A DNA stretch of 64,000 nt, taken from contig OZ025794.1 in NCBI GenBank assembly GCA_964019425.1, positions 496,001 through 560,000 of the forward strand, written 5' to 3'. The notes under the pieces are model-generated. The model worked only from the letters and a program-made list of their open reading frames with translations. It had not been told where the DNA came from and searched no databases. Of the stretch, positions 58,466 to 64,000 are shown one piece after another. Numbering within the stretch: the stretch's first letter is position 1; each line of letters begins with the position of its first letter. This DNA comes from Flectonema sp. DT1601 (Eukaryota). The translations under genes were made by a program, and so were the position numbers.

Positions 58466-60358
58466 ATGACGGCCGAAAAGAAATTCGCTCGTCTGGCAGC
58501 TCCTTGTGGTGATGCAGTTGAGCTAGCAAACGGAGTGAGATTACAACCGGGGACAAAATTATACTTAATGTACCAGAACTTGTTAGGAACAGCTGAGAAA
58601 GATGAAATAACAACAGAGAGAGATATTCGTGATATGCATTTTCAATTACAACAAAGTATATCAATGTTTGGAAGTACTTGTGATACTTCAAGAAGACTAT
58701 CAGAAACATGGACTCTATACCTCGATAGACTAACAAGTATTAACAGGGATGTTTCAATTAATGAATTGGATATGAGTAGCGTCGTACTTGGTGACTTCGA
58801 TTCTGTTGAAGGATTTATGACTTTGTGGAATCAAATCCCTATAAGAGACTTAGAAGGTAACGTCAACGTTAGAATATTTAAGAAGGATATTGTACCTTCA
58901 GTAGAAGACATTCAAAACGCTGATGGTGGTAAGTGGATTACTAGAACCCCATCAGCTGAACGTTCAACTCTCTGGTTAAACATGGCATTACTAGCAATCA
59001 GTAATGAATCCCTCAGAGGTGTTATGATAAATGGTTGCGTCATGATATCCAACAGCGTAACTCAAGCCAAAGCCGATTCTCTTCAACTTTGGGTATCTGG
59101 ACGGTCTCCTGGAACGGAGCAGCACACTTCTATATTGTCAGAGGAGTTACAGAGTGGATGTAAAAGACCATTTCATTTACATTTTACATATCAAATTAAC
59201 ACTCCACAAGCATCTCAGCAGTTCGTATTGAAGAAATTTAATGCTTCGTCAGAACCCTCTAAAAGAGGATCAGAATACGGAGGTAGTAACGGAATTCCTT
59301 CACTGATGTCAGCACCATCAACACCAGGCGGATCATATCAACACAATCCTTATGGGGGACTTGAACATGCTATGGCTAACAGCACAGGAGTAGCTGTTTA
59401 TCCAAAGGCTCCAGGTGGGTATGGAGGTTGGCAGTCTCAGCAAGGTCCTAACAGTGCAACGTCAAACTTCAATTATCAGAGTGCTGACTACGCTCCTCTC
59501 CAAAGAAACAATTCCGCCAACTGGAGTGATGTTGGTAGGCGTGATGCTTCAGCACCTCAATCTCCACCTCATGACATTAAAGGTCCACAAGTTCAAGGTG
59601 TTCTTCGTCAGGTAACAGCAAACCTATTGGGATATAACAAAAACCAGCTTCAGTACCCAAGACAACCTCCATCATGGCCTCACGATCAAGATCCTAGTGA
59701 ATTACAAAGTATCCCAGATTATACAACAACTGGTTCAGTACCAGAAAGGAAAAAGAAAAGAAACAAACCTGACAAGTATCAAAGAGAGAGAATTAGAAAG
59801 AAGAAGGCTAAACAAGCTGCTTTAGAACAGGCGATGCTTGAAATGGCTGGTGTCAAGTGTTGTGAATGTGAACTGCAACTGTCTGCTGTAAAATGCAGCG
59901 AGTGTCCCGAAAGTAGAATGCAATTCTGCAATGACTGTTTTACGCTAATTCATAAAGTTGGAAAGAGACAAAGTCACACGCAGTATATCGTTTTTGAAAA
60001 TCCTGGAGAACCACCTTCAGGAGGTTCATTAGTAAACCAACCGAGTGATGAATTAATTCGCACATATAATCCAAGTTCTGATAGTGAAACAAACAACACT
60101 GGTGCTGATCAGTCTGCTTCTACACCTCCTTCGGATAAAACTGACGAACCTCTTACTTTCTTAAGATATTTCGACATCCATCAAGATGCTTTAGTAAATT
60201 ACATCGAAGAATCACTCGATTCTTTCAACGAGCTCAAAGGATTTTCAGAACCCGACGTCGTTCGTGTTCTGGACGAGTTCTTCGCTGACAAAACATTCTC
60301 CGCTCTTAAACGCGGACGAGCAACTAGAGAACTATTGACTTGGATCAAAGCGGAATAA
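58466..60358 (+). CDS. Divergent eIF4E-domain protein with C-terminal B-box-type zinc finger
   Basis: FDSVEGF..LW, IFKKDIVP.ED..NADGGKW, LW..L..I..E, NGCV, LQLWV; CCEC...C..C...FC..CF..IH....H. Confidence 0.8.
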   Translation: MTAEKKFARLAAPCGDAVELANGVRLQPGTKLYLMYQNLLGTAEKDEITTERDIRDMHFQLQQSISMFGSTCDTSRRLSETWTLYLDRLTSINRDVSINELDMSSVVLGDFDSVEGFMTLWNQIPIRDLEGNVNVRIFKKDIVPSVEDIQNADGGKWITRTPSAERSTLWLNMALLAISNESLRGVMINGCVMISNSVTQAKADSLQLWVSGRSPGTEQHTSILSEELQSGCKRPFHLHFTYQINTPQASQQFVLKKFNASSEPSKRGSEYGGSNGIPSLMSAPSTPGGSYQHNPYGGLEHAMANSTGVAVYPKAPGGYGGWQSQQGPNSATSNFNYQSADYAPLQRNNSANWSDVGRRDASAPQSPPHDIKGPQVQGVLRQVTANLLGYNKNQLQYPRQPPSWPHDQDPSELQSIPDYTTTGSVPERKKKRNKPDKYQRERIRKKKAKQAALEQAMLEMAGVKCCECELQLSAVKCSECPESRMQFCNDCFTLIHKVGKRQSHTQYIVFENPGEPPSGGSLVNQPSDELIRTYNPSSDSETNNTGADQSASTPPSDKTDEPLTFLRYFDIHQDALVNYIEESLDSFNELKGFSEPDVVRVLDEFFADKTFSALKRGRATRELLTWIKAE

Positions 60359-63267
60359 AGTGTGTTTTATAACTTTATAGTCGCCTGCTACTGTATCAAT
60401 ATTGTATTACATTGTCATAGTGTAAACACCTTCAGCTATGAGACATACGTATTGTCAATGCTTCATGAAGAGTAGTCAACAGTTATGTTATTCTAAGGTA
60501 GTGAATCGATCCTAAAGAGCCCTTCACCGGCCAGACATTTTCCACTTAGAATCATGCTGTTTCGTTGTCTTCTTCTTCATTTTGATTACTGCAAAGCAGT
60601 AAAAAGGAGTTAAGAGGAAAAAATTCATAACTGATATCAAGTTTTCGACTTATACTACACGTCTGATGGAGAGAGGAAAAAAAAAAAAAAAAAAAATGAA
60701 GCCCGCAAAATCCAGTTGTTACACTGTTACACCTCCCTATGGGGAGTTTGCATTTTACTGAGAGACTTGTTGATTGTGTGGTGAGTGACAGAGTGCCCCT
60801 GGTTTGATAAAATAAGTAGACAAGAAGTAGATTCCCGTAATTTGCTCGGAGAGAAATACTCGTCGACAGCAGAGAGTATATAAATGATGTCTCTAATACT
60901 GGAGAAAAAAAGAAAAAAAAAGAAACTTGAAAAAAAAAAAAAAAAAATTTAATTCATCAATTCTTATACAAAAAAATAAGAAATAAAAAAAAAATGAGTG
61001 TTTATTCCCAGGTAAGGGAATCTTTTTGTACTCTGTGTCCGAAGACTTCTTTTCAGGTGCAATCGACTAACACTACGGAGATCAATGGCCACTGCTAACG
61101 CTTTCTGTTTAAATTCGAACACTAAGCCCGCCTCTCAACACCACTTGATCAGCCTTGTTGTCGGTGATATGCACCTCTATTTTTTTTTTTTCTTTTTTTT
61201 CCACTTCCCTTTTTTCTTTTCTGAAGTCAATTCCTAATAATACATTTGTACGGCAGAGCACTCATTCGATTTCCTTTTCCTGTCCATCTTTTTTCTTTCT
61301 TTTTTTATTGGTTTTTTTCTTTCCCCCCTCTTTTTTTTTTTTTTTTTTTTGTTTTTTTTTGCATAGAATGTGAGATGCAAAATAAAAAGAATTGAGCGCC
61401 CTTGAGCTTTCTTATGATCAAAAAAAAAAAAAAAAAAAAAAAAGAAAAAAGAAAAGGAAGTTGAAGATACAAAGCCAGCTATGTTTTACTATGTCCTACG
61501 TGAATAGGTACTGCCTGCTAAAGTTGTCTTCATTTTTAGAGTGGGTAGGGAGATATACAGCCTCACCCCTCAATAACTAACTACTGTTGAAATTTCCCCG
61601 CCCTCTCCCCTTCTTTTGACTGATAACCATTAATACTAACTACTGTGGACACATATTTTACATTTTTTTTTTGTTTTTTTGACACAGAATTTATCCTACT
61701 GGCAATGAGCCACTCCGGGCTACAGCAAATTAAGGAATAGTTCTGAGGGTGTCACCACTCTGTCGGGAAGGATAATGGAGGAGGTAGTGTGTTAGATCTT
61801 GCTTCTGCTCACTCTGTTGTTTTTATTTCTGTTTTATAACAGCTAGTTTTTTTTTCCCCTCACTTTCCCACCCTTGTGCCACTGAGTGTCTTGGTTTTTT
61901 TTTTATTCTTTTGTTTTCACTATTGTAGTATTGCTATTTTGATGTGATGAATTTACATCAATTTCTCTGTTAGGATTGGTCTTTGTTGTTGTTGTTGTTT
62001 TTTCTCGCTTTTTTTTATAGGAGAAAAAAAAAAAAAAAGAAAACAAAAGGTTATGTATAATCCTGTATCAGTTTTTCCTTTTGAAAGATAAAACTAATTA
62101 AAAAAAAAAAAAAAAAAAAAGAAAGTGATAATACCACGAATCTCGAGAAGTTACTATACAGAACGTAAGGATTCTTACATAATGAAATCTAGACGTGTTG
62201 CTATCGAACCGCACCCAATTCGATCGATGCAAAAACACATCTATTTTTTTTATTTTATTTTTTTTAAATATTAGTCAATGCTTAAAAAAACTGTTTTATT
62301 TGACTCTCGCTGATTCTTATTACTTTACTTTCGTCCCTTTTTTTGTAAACATTTCTCCGATATGCAAGTTCTTCGACTTCGATGAACATATTAGTTATAA
62401 TTATCATTGATCAAGTTGAAAGTTACAGATCTCTAGTGGTGTTCAAAGAAATAACCAGTTCTCTTCGAGCGTCCACTTTACACAGAAATCTAGTACGCCT
62501 ATCTGTAAACAAAGTTTTTTATTGTTTTTTTTTTTTTTTTTTTTTTTTTTATCAATTCTTTCTATTTTGTGTTGTAGATACCAAAATGCGGGATTTTTGA
62601 TTATCGAAAATTAAAAAAAAAAAATAAAATAAAATAACCACCTGTTATTCCAAGCTGTGAAGTTATTAATGCAGCTTTCCCCCGAATATCACACTCACTA
62701 AAACTAATTAAATCACAAAAAGCCGTTCTTTTTGCTTGTGTGTCACTCAGTTATGTATTCATTAATTAGAGTTAAATCTTAATAAAAAGAAAATAATATA
62801 TTTCCCGGTTTCTGGATATATAGTGTTTGTTTGGTTTTTCCCCCCCTCACACCTTTTTCATTCCTTTTTTCCCCTTCAAAATAATAATATAAAAAAAAAA
62901 AAAAAAAAATTTAAAATTTAAAAATAGAATGCCTTTCTACTAAGAATCAACAAACTTAATGTAAAAAGGTAACCCCAAATTGTATAAACAAAACGTTCAC
63001 TTCTGCATTGACGGTAGCCGACAAAGCAGAAGGGAGAAAGCCCAAAAAACGATAAAAAAAAAAAAAGAAAATTATTCTGTTAAAGAATAGCAATCTGAGT
63101 TAAAATCCGTAGGGAAGAAAAAAATGTACTCAACTGTGTTTCTGGATGTGTGTGGTCTGCAATTCTCGTCTGATTCAGTACAGGTATTGCTCGTTTATTG
63201 AAAGGGGATTAAAAAAAGAGGGAAACATGGGAAAAAGTGCTACGAAGAATGGCAGAGAGCAAGTAAG

Positions 63268-63299
<32 letters not shown>

Positions 63300-63459
63300 C
63301 TTACTCGCTATCGCTGGTTCAATAATCCGAAGCACAACCATGTAAATACTACTGATGTTGCAATAAAACTGTTTTGGGCAGCAGGGCAAGTTTCGTGCGT
63401 GCTTTCACCCCCATCGTGTCGGGGTTCAATTCCTTTTTTTCCTTTTGTTCTTCGCGAAA

Positions 63460-63490
<31 letters not shown>

Positions 63491-63899
63491 TTTTTTGTTT
63501 TTCACGTTCCCCGATGTCTCTCCTCTTATTTGCCAGTCATCCCAAATACCCTTCACTTGATACGAGACGTCCTAAGCAGTCGTTTCAAACTCGTCACCAT
63601 TTGCCTCGTTTAGCGTATGCCTGCCAGACTGAAATTGCACTTGTTTTCATACCGTGTGATAACAACAGAAATGAAGTTGTTTTCTTTTTGCGGAGCGAAA
63701 AAGTAAGCTTTGCAGCAGGTGAAGGGGATTCTTGGTTTGTATCACTCAAAGCCAGCAATGGACAACTGTTATTTTCCTTCACAGAAATCAAATGGAACAT
63801 CATGAGTTCTGAGAGTGTTCTGATAATAATAATTGAGATTTTCTTATTAAGTCTCTTGTTGAGAGGTTTCTTTATTAACAACATTCTCAGGTGTACACA

Positions 63900-64000
63900 A
63901 TGGAAGACCTCTTCTCAGAATGGTTACCAGAATCTTGGATGAAAACAGTTGAAAGCACAGCGAATACAGTCAGTGAACAACTTGAAGGTACTGAAGAAGA
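63900..64000 (+). CDS. Start of a CDS truncated by the window end (MEDLFSEWLPESWMK...)
   Basis: ATG 10 nt after acceptor-like attctcag (63890); frame open to the end of the window. Confidence 0.55.
   Translation, partial: MEDLFSEWLPESWMKTVESTANTVSEQLEGTEE

Noticed and set aside
1..64000. Alternative genetic code or stop-codon reassignment
   Set aside because: Conserved genes translate cleanly and end in TAA, TAG or TGA; split ORFs are explained by introns

Overview
AT-rich eukaryotic nuclear DNA using the standard genetic code. It carries about 30 protein genes, all on the + strand, mostly intronless. Five genes contain short GT-AG introns (nine in total), and many start codons follow a T-rich ...CAG that looks like a trans-splice acceptor. 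This layout, the MLRR-type mitochondrial presequences and a kinetoplastid-style eL34 point to a euglenozoan, probably a diplonemid (inference). Recognisable genes: Rab32/38-type GTPase, TMTC mannosyltransferase, DIM1, alternative oxidase, COG8, RPL34 (missed by the ORF track), GPR107/108, a RING protein, WH2-BTB, an EEP hydrolase, an ABC1 kinase and a divergent eIF4E/B-box protein. The standout is a tandem trio of secreted proteins (32569-40239). Each has a signal peptide, a Cys knot, a collagen with an identical 8 + 2-residue kink + 39 Gly-X-Y register, and a circularly permuted bacterial/phage tail-collar (MdpB-like) head ending in HxH. This suggests a C1q/collectin-like, possibly heterotrimeric fibre built from a phage-type domain. 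A decayed TIR element lies between the first two copies. The cis introns have A-rich rather than pyrimidine-rich 3' ends.
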